Virus record (IMG/VR): IMGVR_UViG_3300010346_000241
Coordinates: 96,001 to 160,000 of that record
Direction: 5' to 3' (one strand)
Length of the DNA stretch: 64,000 bases
Origin: a virus
Taxonomy: Duplodnaviria > Caudoviricetes
Below the pieces are notes generated by a model that did not search any database, was not told the DNA's origin, and worked only from the letters and a program-made list of their open reading frames with translations. Below are positions 9,650 through 19,680 of this stretch, in pieces (positions within the stretch are counted from its first letter, which is position 1; each line of letters opens with the position of its first letter). The translations under genes were made by a program, and so were the position numbers.

Positions 9650-10066
9650 ATGATCAATCACAAGACACCTAAGAATGTACGTTATGGAGAGCCCTATTAT
9701 ACTAAGAGAGACAACTTTGGTAATAAGTTGAGCTATGTAGTATATGAGAGAGGTAAGAATAACAAGGCAGTTCCTATAGAGTATAAGTACGAATACGATT
9801 CCGATGGTCATAAGATTGCTTACTATAGATCTGATGGAGTCTTCAACTTATATGAATATGATAAGTATGGAGACTTGATATATGAAGTTGAGGGTAGTGT
9901 ATATACAGGTATCACTACAGAGCACTGGTATAGTGGAAAGAGAGAAATATTCAGAAGAAGAGTGGATGCTGAGACTATGCTAGTCCGCGAACATCGCAAT
10001 GGTGTACAGACTACTGAGTACTACAATCCCTTTGTGAGAATGTATAATAATCCACTCTGTCGTTAA
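9650..10066 (+). CDS. Hypothetical protein with YD/RHS-like beta repeats
   Basis: YEYDSDG, YEYDKYG, RDNFGN repeats. Confidence 0.65.
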   Translation: MINHKTPKNVRYGEPYYTKRDNFGNKLSYVVYERGKNNKAVPIEYKYEYDSDGHKIAYYRSDGVFNLYEYDKYGDLIYEVEGSVYTGITTEHWYSGKREIFRRRVDAETMLVREHRNGVQTTEYYNPFVRMYNNPLCR

Positions 10067-10150
10067 CTATATAGTATGGAGTGAATCCACTTCATCATAC
10101 TCGATGTATATCATAATGATTCTCCTTGTTCATATATGATAACCGAACCT

Positions 10151-10175
10151 CCCCTAGGGTGTGGGACCCTAGGGG
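10151..10175. terminator. GC-rich hairpin (terminator or processing stem)
   Basis: CCCCTAGGGT/ACCCTAGGGG perfect 10-bp stem. Confidence 0.6.
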
Positions 10176-10217
10176 AAACTTAGTGTTTATAGAGATAACT
10201 TTACTATAATCAAGCGA

Positions 10218-10292
10218 TAGGGTATAGCAAAGAGGAAATGCATCGGGCTTTGACCCCGTAATTCGTGGGTTCGATCCCCACTACCCTAACCA
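10218..10292 (+). tRNA. tRNA-Gln (anticodon TTG)
   Basis: Acceptor stem TAGGGTA/TACCCTA, anticodon loop CT-TTG-AC, T-loop GGTTCGATC, encoded CCA; TATAAT at 10205-10210. Confidence 0.93.
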
Positions 10293-10367
10293 AACGTTAC
10301 TGTTATATGTGATATACCTTCTAAAACGAATGTGGAGTACCGTAATGGTACTCCACATTTGTCGTGT

Positions 10368-13300
10368 TTACTTAAGTTTATCCTCTATCTCCTTACGATG
10401 TACGGTGTAGTCTTGCTTGATTCCCATAATATCCTTAACCTGACGGTCAAGTTCTACAAGGAACTTGTTAGCCATACCATGAAGAAGTGGTGTAGCACAC
10501 ATACGAGCATCAAATGATCTCATAGAGAAGAGTACATCGATTGGTTCATCTGGTCTGTATTCAGATTTAGGCTCCTTGCCCTTGGGGAAGACTTCTTTAC
10601 ATACACCCTTTTGAGCTCCGAGTGCGATAAGCTTGTCTCCTGTAGCAAAGTCATCCTTATACTTAACGTAGATCTCTATCAATACTCCAGATTCAAGGCC
10701 CTTGAGCTTTCCTGTGTTTGAGAGCTTCTGGTCATTGGTGTAAGACTGAGCCTTTACCTTGTCGTACTTCTCAATAGTCTTACGTATATCACTCTGCTTC
10801 TTCTCATACTCTTTTACTATCTTCTGGAGAGATGGAGAGAGTTCTGAGATTTCACAAGTTCTATACATCTTGATGTCTTCTACATAGCCAGTGTTATGTG
10901 ACTTGATGGGTATACGACCAAGAGAGGTTACTGTCTCTTCATCATCTACAAGGTTCTTAAGAAGCGTATTGACATCGTCATCTTCATAAGAGTTCTGTAT
11001 AACGAGAAGAGGATCACCCTCCTGGATAGGCTGACCAACCTTAACGAGATTGAACACATTGGTTCCCTTCTCAAGGTTGATATCAACCTGAGTGATGATA
11101 TCTGAAGACAGAGCTTCACATACATAGCTAGATACAGCAGTAGAATCCTCAAACCCTTCATCTGTAGTCATGATACCTACCTTAAGCAGAGCACCCTGAA
11201 CGTATGTAGGATTATCATCATATCCCATATGCTGATCATAACTCAAAGGATCATAGGCAATTACCTGTCCAGCCTTTACAGTACCGCCAAGCTTGTCTGA
11301 TGCCTTAAGCTTAACAGATGCATAGAAACCACCATCTGAGTTCTTGTAAACCTTGTTACGAAGATCTACATAGTCTATAGAGCCATCCTTGTACTTGACT
11401 ACTATATACTCATCAGTTCTCTCTACTATCTTACCGTCCTGCTTAGCACAAACTGAGAAGACATCTGGAGTGAAGTTAGCGAGAGCATCATCGGCACCGT
11501 TAGTTACGAGCAGAGGATCACCACCCTGTACACGCATACCATGCTTAGTTCTCTGAGTGAATGACATAGCAAGTCGGAATGGGTCATCATGTGTAGTACA
11601 GCCAGGAACAAGAGCTTCGTTCATAGCCATAGTATTGACATCATTCATGATATCTGTATTACCAGCAGTATCCTTAATGTATCCTCTCTTGCCAGCAATG
11701 TTGGCATTGACTGTAGTCTGTCTTACTGTACCAACTGTAGAAGCAAATCCAGTAGACATACCGAGTATACCATTCATAGAATCATCAAAGGTTCTCTTAT
11801 CAAGTGAGTAAGAACGTTCTGAGTTCATACCAGAGAGTCCCTTGAATGATACAGTGTTTACAGCCTCTGCGTAACAAAGATCGTTGATTGTAGAAGCATC
11901 TCCAGTAGTGTTGTCGAGAAGGATAAGGTCTATGATAGCAGACTGCTTGAGTGACATACTACCCTTACCCGTCTTCTTAAGACGAGTCCTATATTCGGCA
12001 TATGCCTTAGCAAGAGCCTTGTATGTATATCCAGCAACAAGTTCATTAGTTCTGAATCTGTTGCCTCTGATATCAGTATGCTTATTGTACTTAGAGTCAA
12101 CCAGCATATTTGAAGCATAGATAAGAGCAGAACAGAAGTCTGAAGGAATGTCGTATGCCTCACAAGTTCTCTTAGAGATAGGATCAAACATGAGGTCATA
12201 GAAGTTATCCAGACCGTCTGCCTTGATACGTCCACCAAACAGATCCAGAGCTTCTGTCCACATCTGCTTAGTATTGATATCCTTGATAGAGTATGTGTCT
12301 GTAGGAACTCCCTTAAGACCATTCATGAGCATAGATGATGAGTAGTTGATCTTGTAGATGAGATATGCATCAGAGAACTTGATGATATCCTCTGTTGTTC
12401 TATCATAAGAACGAGTCTCACTGATTCTGTATTCTACGTTAGCCTTAGAGAGAGTCTTAGTAAGTCCCTCACAGTAACAGCAGATTACAACTACAGGGAT
12501 AGTAGTAGTCATAATCGAAGCATCTGAGTAGGAATATCTTACACTAGCCTTACACTCATCGTAGATAGCCTTAAACTCAGGACACTGACAGAGGTATTCT
12601 GCTATCATCTGAGCACAGATGACATTGGTGTTGGGATGATAGATAATCTCTCCCTTAAGTGAGTCGTATCCTATAGGAGTACCCTGCTTAAGATCAAGCT
12701 TATCCTTATACTTCTCTCTGATTACATCCTGGTCGAAGTAGAATGTATAGTGTTTATATGAAAGCATAGAGTAAGTTGTACCAAGATCTATATAGTCTAT
12801 AGGAAGATCATACTTCAGTGAGCCGATGTAGTTGTTACCCAGCTTTACATTGATATGCTTTCCTTCAAGCTTACTGAGTGTCTTACAGATCTTATCAGCA
12901 TACAGATTACTCTTACCAAGTGAGGAGCCATATACTCTGAAGAAGATCTTGTTATAGTTAGTAGTGATCTGACAAACGTCCTTCTCGGTCTTTATGATAG
13001 GAAGATTCATGAGCTGAGCATTGATAGTTTTATCATTACCTCTAAGTCTCATGAAACGATTGTTGATGAACTTAGGGATATCGAACTTGAGAGTGAAACG
13101 AGTACCGTGTATATCTTCCATGTGAGCAGTCCATGTCTCTATGAGATCTTCTGATGTAGAAGTATCCTCAACATTGACATCTCTTACAGCTACAGGTACT
13201 GTTCTAGTACCGAAGAAAGAAAGGATAGCCATGATATCTTCATCTACATCATACTCCTTATTGAAGTTGATATACTGAAGATTAGACCACTGATCCTTGT

Positions 13301-15668
13301 TTATAGAGTTGATACTGAGTGAGGTCTTAGGAAGCTCCTCTTCAAGCTCAGTATCCTGTGACTTCTCGATGAGTTCCTTAACAGACTTACCCTTTACAGA
13401 CTGAGTCTTGAAGTTATCATTCAAAGTATTGATACGTGCTGTACGAGCACTAGATACCTTTATACCATTAGACTCTTCATCTGCGATGTCCTTGATAAGG
13501 TTAGCTATATACTCATCATTGTTGAGCTTCTCTATAGCTTCATCAGTAGAAGTGGATGTAGAAGCAGCATCGGCTATAGCCTTAGCTACCTTAACCTTCT
13601 TCTGAAGAGTGTCCTCTGTTTCAGCCTGCTTATCAGACTTAGCGGGTCCTACTTCCTTAGGAACTACCTTCTCCTTATCTTCCTTAGGAGTCGTAGTTTT
13701 AGTGGTAGTCTTAACTGCCGTTTCTGTCTTCTTAGGTTCTTCCTTCTTTACTACAGGCTTCGGAGTAGTCTCCTTCTTTTCGTCCTTAGAAGATTCTGGG
13801 AGTCTAGCCAGCTTGTTAGCAAGACCAGAGAGTGTACCCTTATTGCTAGCACCCTTAGTACCAGTAAGAGCATACATCTGGATACCCTGACTCTTCTCCA
13901 GCTTATCTACAATGTCTGTTACTATAGCATCTGGAGTATCCTGAACCATCTCATCGTCCTCTATAGGAGCCTTAGAGATGAGTGTACGGATATTGTTCAT
14001 GAACTTAGACAGAACATTCTTATCTAAGTCCTTGAAGTTGATCTTGAAGTATCCTGTAGCACCGAGGAAGATAGTATCCATATCTCCGAAGAGGGTACGA
14101 AGTTTACCTACCTTATTGGTTTTGAGAAGACGTATCATGATAGAGATAGGATTGATATTCTCTCTATAGTCAAGTACATCTCCAGTCTTCTTGTTCCAAT
14201 CAATAACTGGGATTATAAGGGTCTTCTTAGTGTAACCAGAGTTAACGAAAGCCTTGTTGTTGAGCAGTCTACCGATGAGATCGTAGTAGAGGTCAACAGC
14301 CTTATCGTTAACAAACGTGTTGTTCTTGTTTTCGAAGAATGCCTTGTTGTAGTAAGATGTATCTACATAGAGATTCTTCATCTTATAAGCAGGATAGTTG
14401 AAGTACGTAAACTTGATAGAAGGACACTGACTCTTTACAGCCTTGTAGATAGCAGTGATATCCTTCTGATTACGAATTCTCTCTGGGTAGAGTATCTGCT
14501 TGAGCTTAGCACTGTTACGAGCAACAGCATCTTCATTGAAGATATCGTCGCATATGATAAGCTGATTACCACACTGAAGTCCAAGCTCTGTCATAGCAGC
14601 TTCGCTGACTCTCTCTACCTTGTAGCTCTCTTCAAGAGGTACGGTTTCTTCCTTAAGAACAAGCTTGATGCTCTTTCTGGAAGCCTTTCTGTTGTCTATA
14701 CCAGTGAGTGCTTCACCCTTGAGAAGAGTCTTGTACTTTGTAGCTATACGAGTCATAACCTGAGTCATGTCTTCATCGTAATAGATTGTAGCGTACTCAT
14801 ACTTACCCTTCATGTTTGTCATGATATGACTTCTCATACCATAGATGAGCGCATTAGTACAGTACTCCTGATACTCTTCATTGGGATCTACATAGATAGT
14901 ACACTCAAGAGTCTTACCTGATGCGGACTCCTTACGACCGTAGATAAAGCCGACAAGCTCATTCTCGCCCTCGTGATATGCTTTCACGAGGATCTTAATG
15001 TCGTTTACGCTTCCCTTGAGGGTTATATCTCTACCATACTCCTTAGAGTAGAGCGCATCACACTCCTTGAACTCCTTAGTGATTGTAGCAGTATCCTTGA
15101 AGAAGTAGATATCGTAATCGTCAAAGGTCATCTCTTTGATAGGATGGTAGTACTTATGGAAGCGATTACCTTCTCCTACTTCGAGATCGGTGATATTATA
15201 CTTCTTGATAGCCTTTACGATGTTGTGAGCAAGAGTCTTCTCGTCTTCGGGATGTACATGGTTGAACATCCTTACTGCAGCACGCACATGGGCTTCATCA
15301 TTCAGAGGATACTTCCTCTTACTAGGAATGCCGAACTGCTTATCATCAAGTTTGTTTCTCTTGTCAGAGGGGAGCTTAGCCTCTACGAAGATATAGTCGA
15401 GGAATCTATCGGTAGAGTCTACAAAGCTCTGTATGTAGTTCTCTTGAGTAAGGATAGTATTGATACTCTTCTCAAGATAGTAGGACTGGAACCATGCTCT
15501 GTTGATGAACGTTTTAGAGTTGATTATTCCTATAGAAGATTCGAGGTTAGGGGTGAGAAGGATAACAGCACTACCCTTCTTGTTAGAGTCTTCATTCAAC
15601 GGTAAGTATAGCTTGTTGTTAGAGCTATACAGCTTATAGGGCTTAAGCTCATGTATATGAATACTCAT
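10368..15668 (-). CDS. Virion-type multisubunit RNA polymerase beta subunit (phiKZ gp178-like) with N-terminal accessory domains
   Basis: EGFEDS, GDKLIALGAQKGVCK, PIDVLFSMRSFDARM and other beta motifs; ends before the GEME region, which appears at 37864-38583; late promoter upstream. Confidence 0.85.
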   Translation of the reverse strand: MSIHIHELKPYKLYSSNNKLYLPLNEDSNKKGSAVILLTPNLESSIGIINSKTFINRAWFQSYYLEKSINTILTQENYIQSFVDSTDRFLDYIFVEAKLPSDKRNKLDDKQFGIPSKRKYPLNDEAHVRAAVRMFNHVHPEDEKTLAHNIVKAIKKYNITDLEVGEGNRFHKYYHPIKEMTFDDYDIYFFKDTATITKEFKECDALYSKEYGRDITLKGSVNDIKILVKAYHEGENELVGFIYGRKESASGKTLECTIYVDPNEEYQEYCTNALIYGMRSHIMTNMKGKYEYATIYYDEDMTQVMTRIATKYKTLLKGEALTGIDNRKASRKSIKLVLKEETVPLEESYKVERVSEAAMTELGLQCGNQLIICDDIFNEDAVARNSAKLKQILYPERIRNQKDITAIYKAVKSQCPSIKFTYFNYPAYKMKNLYVDTSYYNKAFFENKNNTFVNDKAVDLYYDLIGRLLNNKAFVNSGYTKKTLIIPVIDWNKKTGDVLDYRENINPISIMIRLLKTNKVGKLRTLFGDMDTIFLGATGYFKINFKDLDKNVLSKFMNNIRTLISKAPIEDDEMVQDTPDAIVTDIVDKLEKSQGIQMYALTGTKGASNKGTLSGLANKLARLPESSKDEKKETTPKPVVKKEEPKKTETAVKTTTKTTTPKEDKEKVVPKEVGPAKSDKQAETEDTLQKKVKVAKAIADAASTSTSTDEAIEKLNNDEYIANLIKDIADEESNGIKVSSARTARINTLNDNFKTQSVKGKSVKELIEKSQDTELEEELPKTSLSINSINKDQWSNLQYINFNKEYDVDEDIMAILSFFGTRTVPVAVRDVNVEDTSTSEDLIETWTAHMEDIHGTRFTLKFDIPKFINNRFMRLRGNDKTINAQLMNLPIIKTEKDVCQITTNYNKIFFRVYGSSLGKSNLYADKICKTLSKLEGKHINVKLGNNYIGSLKYDLPIDYIDLGTTYSMLSYKHYTFYFDQDVIREKYKDKLDLKQGTPIGYDSLKGEIIYHPNTNVICAQMIAEYLCQCPEFKAIYDECKASVRYSYSDASIMTTTIPVVVICCYCEGLTKTLSKANVEYRISETRSYDRTTEDIIKFSDAYLIYKINYSSSMLMNGLKGVPTDTYSIKDINTKQMWTEALDLFGGRIKADGLDNFYDLMFDPISKRTCEAYDIPSDFCSALIYASNMLVDSKYNKHTDIRGNRFRTNELVAGYTYKALAKAYAEYRTRLKKTGKGSMSLKQSAIIDLILLDNTTGDASTINDLCYAEAVNTVSFKGLSGMNSERSYSLDKRTFDDSMNGILGMSTGFASTVGTVRQTTVNANIAGKRGYIKDTAGNTDIMNDVNTMAMNEALVPGCTTHDDPFRLAMSFTQRTKHGMRVQGGDPLLVTNGADDALANFTPDVFSVCAKQDGKIVERTDEYIVVKYKDGSIDYVDLRNKVYKNSDGGFYASVKLKASDKLGGTVKAGQVIAYDPLSYDQHMGYDDNPTYVQGALLKVGIMTTDEGFEDSTAVSSYVCEALSSDIITQVDINLEKGTNVFNLVKVGQPIQEGDPLLVIQNSYEDDDVNTLLKNLVDDEETVTSLGRIPIKSHNTGYVEDIKMYRTCEISELSPSLQKIVKEYEKKQSDIRKTIEKYDKVKAQSYTNDQKLSNTGKLKGLESGVLIEIYVKYKDDFATGDKLIALGAQKGVCKEVFPKGKEPKSEYRPDEPIDVLFSMRSFDARMCATPLLHGMANKFLVELDRQVKDIMGIKQDYTVHRKEIEDKLK

Positions 15669-15693
15669 ATGAACTCTCCTTTCCAATTTAGAT

Positions 15694-15705
15694 TACTAAA
15701 ATGTT
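15694..15705 (-). promoter_or_regulatory. Putative late promoter AACA-ttttag-TA
   Basis: Consensus match upstream of the vRNAP beta RBS. Confidence 0.7.
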
Positions 15706-15790
15706 CAACAGCTCAATCAAGGCGCTTCGTAAAGGTGAATAGTTTTAAATACATACTATTGAGGTAGATCATTTGAAAGGAGGTCTTCAT

Positions 15791-16129
15791 ATGAAGACTA
15801 TAAACAACTACGTAAAAAACAGAGAAGCAAGGACCCTAATAAAAGCAATAGCCTTTGTAGGCTATATTGTTCTGGGTGTGATATGGTGGGGTGCATATAT
15901 CACCATATCGGTTATCTACCATTTCTTATGTGATATGGTAGAAGCTATACTCTATTGGCTAGAAGAAATCGCAGCTGCTAGATATAAACTACAGCAGTTG
16001 CATAAGAAGCTCTCGTATTTTGAGATGCTTGTGATCGTAATGGGTACGATCGCTATTCTTGCAGTACTAGGCTGTATAATGTACTTTTTGATGTTCTCGT
16101 TCACTGTCATTATCCCAACTGGATATTGA
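15791..16129 (+). CDS. Small membrane protein (two hydrophobic segments)
   Basis: AAAGGAGG before ATG 15791; two long hydrophobic stretches; CATACTAT early-type motif upstream. Confidence 0.75.
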   Translation: MKTINNYVKNREARTLIKAIAFVGYIVLGVIWWGAYITISVIYHFLCDMVEAILYWLEEIAAARYKLQQLHKKLSYFEMLVIVMGTIAILAVLGCIMYFLMFSFTVIIPTGY

Positions 16130-16173
16130 TAGGCGACAAATAGGGGGTGGCTGTTACGCCACTCCCTTATTTT

Positions 16174-18927
16174 TTATTCAAAGCTCCAGATTACGTTACC
16201 TGCTTCTGTGATGTGCTCCTTGTTTCTCAACCAGATAACATCACACTCATTCTGTGTATACTCACTGTTGTGAGAGATAAGTACACTCTGACTAGCATTG
16301 ACCATATCCATCAGACCTAAGAGAATGTCGAAGAAGCGTCTTCTGTTCTCTGTATCCAATGAAGCATCTATCTCATCACCTACTATGATATTCATCCTAG
16401 TAGAGACCTGACTAAGCATACTGATGCTAATGATCATACTAATCAATGCTACCTGAGCAGATGACATAGAAGTTATATCATCGTGATTAAGTCCGCCCTG
16501 TACTGCTATAGGAATACGGAACTCATCTTCTGTGATGACGAATGGAAGTATGTTAAATGCTCCCCCGAAGAGTCCTGAAAGCATCCAGTTAGCCTTCTCG
16601 AGTATCTTACTCAGATACAGTGTAGCGAATACCAACTGTATACCAGTAGTAGGAGAAGTATAGTACTTGATGACCTCTATCTTATCAAGCATCTCTTTGT
16701 TGGCCTTGAGATCGTCTATGTATGAGCCATAGAGTCTTCTAGACGTCTCCAGATCGGCCAATTCTTTTTTCATCGGAATGAGCTTCTCTTCGATTTCATT
16801 GATGCTTCCTTCACACTCATATATAGTCTTCTTAGCCTCAAGTAACTTAGACAAAGAGGACTCTAAAGTCATAACCTCAGCAGCAATCTCTTTGGCCTTA
16901 TCATTGAGTAGAGATAGTTTATTCATCTCTTCTATGTAAGCATGAACTTCTTCAAGCTTTCTTTCATCGGCCGTTATAGCCATATCGAGTTGAGCTATCT
17001 CATATCTATTGTCTTGAGTCTTCTTAAGAGTAATATCAAGCTCATTCTGAAGTTTGTTGATATCTTCAGTAAGCATGTTGATAAGCTGTTCATTAGACTC
17101 AAGTCTATCGATGTCACTCTGTATCTTTGAGAGGTTGTCTTGAATGTCCTTATACTCCTCGAATGAGTTAGCTACATAGAGATGATTGTAGAGGAAGTCT
17201 ACATACTGATTGAAGATCTCCATAGTCTTTACTACCTTACTATCTGAAGTGTAGTTGAAGTTGACAATGAAGTTGTATGCAGGCATGAACTCCTTAGGAG
17301 TGATAAGCTTGAGAGTAGATGAGATGCCGTTCACTTTAGCCTTAAGCATCTGAAGTTCACGGAAGCCATTCTCTACCCTTTCCATCCTCTCATACATAAG
17401 CTTAGCACCATTATACTCAGCAGTAGCGTTTCTGATGATAGACTCGTAGTCTTCATCACTACGATAGCTATCATACTCACGCTTCTTTCGTATAGCATTA
17501 GCGATGAAGTGACAATCATCAAATGTGCAACCATTAGGTCTAAACTCAAGAAGACCTTCAAATGAACTCTTAAGAGCTTCTTTAGTCTTAAGATCCTGCT
17601 TAACAGCATTGATAGTTTCTTTATGTTCCTCCATAGCTTTAGATGCAGCTTTCATGATAGAGAGTGAAGATAACTCTCCATCTCTTTCATGACCGAACTC
17701 TGATACACACTCTACAAGGAACTCTATATCAGCAAACTCTGATGATGAGAGTCTGTCTCTTACTTCACATAGAGTGCTGATACACTGCACAAGTGCGTCC
17801 TTAGTGAATGGAATCTCTAGAGTGTTGATGTTAAGCTTACTAAGCTCTTCTCTTATCTCACTGAACCTAGTCTGGAACTTCTTCTTAAGCTCTCTAAGAT
17901 ACTCAAGAGACTCACCATTGTTGACATCCTTAAGCTTCTGTCTCTTCTGGTTAATCTCTATAGTGTCAATCTCAGTCTTAGACATAAGAGTACCAATCTC
18001 TGTATTGAGTGAACTCTTCTTCTGTTTAGCAAGTTCTATCTGAGTAGTAAGATGAGCAGGATCAATCCTACATACATCTTGTCCTCTATACTTACGGTCG
18101 ATTACCTTTTTGGTCATTTCGATGTCACTCTCACACTTAGTCATCTCTGACATAGTATCAAGATACTTCTGGTTCTTAGTACCGTCGGGATCAAGAGTAA
18201 GAATAACTGCTTCTGCCTTAGACTTAAGGTCTTTCTCATCGTTGAGAAGCTCATCAGCCTGCTTAACTGCTGATGTGAGGTTCTGTATTCTAAGGTCAAG
18301 CTTACCTACATCACCTATAGTACTGAGACGACTCTCGATGTTCTTGATGACTCCCTTATACATGATACTCTTCTTGCTGAGAACTTTATACATGTCATTA
18401 TAAGCATCCACATTGTTAAGGATACTATTGACGAACTTCTTTCTCTCAGCAGGCTTCATATCTGCCATACCTCTCTTAGTACTACTAAGCTGAGTAAGAG
18501 ATAAGTAACAAGGATCAAGACTGAACTTGTCATAGATGATTTCCTTAGCAGAAGATACATTTCCACTAGGATTGAGATCAATCGCTGATGCTGGAGTAAT
18601 CTCATAGATGTGACCCTTAGGAGTAGCTCTATCTCCCTTAGAGTTCACTTCATAGACATACTCTATCTTATACAAGATACCAGTGTATTCGTCAAGATAT
18701 ACGATACACTTGTATGCTACCATTCCTGGGATGAATGCTGATGAAGGTTCTGGAAGAGGATTGAGTGCTTTCATGATTGTACTCTTACCAGAACCATTGT
18801 CTCCCTTAATGAGACAGATCTTGTGTTGGCATTTGGAGAAGTCGATAACAAGCTCGTTGAGCTCCATGCCATTGTATATACCTGCATAATTACGCAGTTC
18901 CAAGTAGTTTATACGCATAACGTTCAC
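16174..18927 (-). CDS. sbcC: SbcC/Rad50-like SMC ATPase
   Basis: Walker A GDNGSGKST, long coiled coils, central CTFDDC hook, signature MSSAQ, Walker B IIVGDEIDASLD, ISH. Confidence 0.9.
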   Translation of the reverse strand: MNVMRINYLELRNYAGIYNGMELNELVIDFSKCQHKICLIKGDNGSGKSTIMKALNPLPEPSSAFIPGMVAYKCIVYLDEYTGILYKIEYVYEVNSKGDRATPKGHIYEITPASAIDLNPSGNVSSAKEIIYDKFSLDPCYLSLTQLSSTKRGMADMKPAERKKFVNSILNNVDAYNDMYKVLSKKSIMYKGVIKNIESRLSTIGDVGKLDLRIQNLTSAVKQADELLNDEKDLKSKAEAVILTLDPDGTKNQKYLDTMSEMTKCESDIEMTKKVIDRKYRGQDVCRIDPAHLTTQIELAKQKKSSLNTEIGTLMSKTEIDTIEINQKRQKLKDVNNGESLEYLRELKKKFQTRFSEIREELSKLNINTLEIPFTKDALVQCISTLCEVRDRLSSSEFADIEFLVECVSEFGHERDGELSSLSIMKAASKAMEEHKETINAVKQDLKTKEALKSSFEGLLEFRPNGCTFDDCHFIANAIRKKREYDSYRSDEDYESIIRNATAEYNGAKLMYERMERVENGFRELQMLKAKVNGISSTLKLITPKEFMPAYNFIVNFNYTSDSKVVKTMEIFNQYVDFLYNHLYVANSFEEYKDIQDNLSKIQSDIDRLESNEQLINMLTEDINKLQNELDITLKKTQDNRYEIAQLDMAITADERKLEEVHAYIEEMNKLSLLNDKAKEIAAEVMTLESSLSKLLEAKKTIYECEGSINEIEEKLIPMKKELADLETSRRLYGSYIDDLKANKEMLDKIEVIKYYTSPTTGIQLVFATLYLSKILEKANWMLSGLFGGAFNILPFVITEDEFRIPIAVQGGLNHDDITSMSSAQVALISMIISISMLSQVSTRMNIIVGDEIDASLDTENRRRFFDILLGLMDMVNASQSVLISHNSEYTQNECDVIWLRNKEHITEAGNVIWSFE

Positions 18928-18947
18928 AACGTCCTTTCTCGCTAGAT

Positions 18948-18959
18948 TATAGTATTGTT
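18948..18959 (-). promoter_or_regulatory. Putative late promoter AACA-atacta-TA
   Basis: Consensus match. Confidence 0.65.
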
Positions 18960-19122
18960 AACGTACGTGTTTGGATTGATTATGGAGGATGCACTAAAGA
19001 AAAAAGGAATGGAGTCCCTTTCGGGACCCCTGAGTATTAAGATGTTGTAAACCATGAGTAAGGACAAGGTCTACTAAAGGCTAGAAGTTATAGTGGGTTT
19101 ATTTTGGAATAGTTTGTTATCC

Positions 19123-19316
19123 GACGGAGCGGACACGATAGATAGCTTCAAGAATGCTTTAGCAGTGACTGACAATCAAATACTTCCTACATCTGTTACA
19201 AGCTGCTCAAACAGGACGATTTACTCGCAACATGTATCGGTAAGCGCAGAGTGGTAACTCTAAGGGGATTAGAAGAGAAAACCCTGACTTGAAACTATCT
19301 ATCCTATCCGTCCGTC
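19123..19316 (-). ncRNA. Putative structured ncRNA, about 194-nt core closed by a ~28-bp stem
   Basis: 19123-19152 pairs with 19288-19316; G-U wobbles favour minus; AACA-tatcat-TG puts +1 on the first stem base; terminator at about 19000-19030. Confidence 0.7.
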
Positions 19317-19342
19317 AATGATATGTTATACTATGTGTAACG

Positions 19343-19576
19343 TTATACATATGCATTCAAACCTCTTAGACATATATTAGCATACAGTCCCATTGACAGA
19401 GGTCTAGGAGCTTTAGGATTCTTCCAATCTATATCGAACTCAGCACCACAGTTCTTACACCGCATACACCGAGCTTCTTTACCTTTACGAGTACTTACTA
19501 CTATGATCGCTAATCCATCAGTACCACAATTCGTACAGTACTTAGGTCCAGCTATCTTGAAAAGTGGCTCTGACAT
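19343..19576 (-). CDS. Small zinc-ribbon protein
   Basis: CTNC...CKNC; AAAGGAAG before ATG 19576. Confidence 0.75.
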   Translation of the reverse strand: MSEPLFKIAGPKYCTNCGTDGLAIIVVSTRKGKEARCMRCKNCGAEFDIDWKNPKAPRPLSMGLYANICLRGLNAYV

Positions 19577-19630
19577 ATTATCACTTCCTTTCATCAGATA
19601 GTTACGCATACTGTAAAAGACGAGAATGAC

Positions 19631-19654
19631 GCCCGAGGGAGCGCTCCCTCGGGC
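19631..19654. terminator. Strong GC hairpin after the holin
   Basis: GCCCGAGGGAG/CTCCCTCGGGC. Confidence 0.65.
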
Positions 19655-19680
19655 ACCACTTATGTTCATATTCACCAGGA

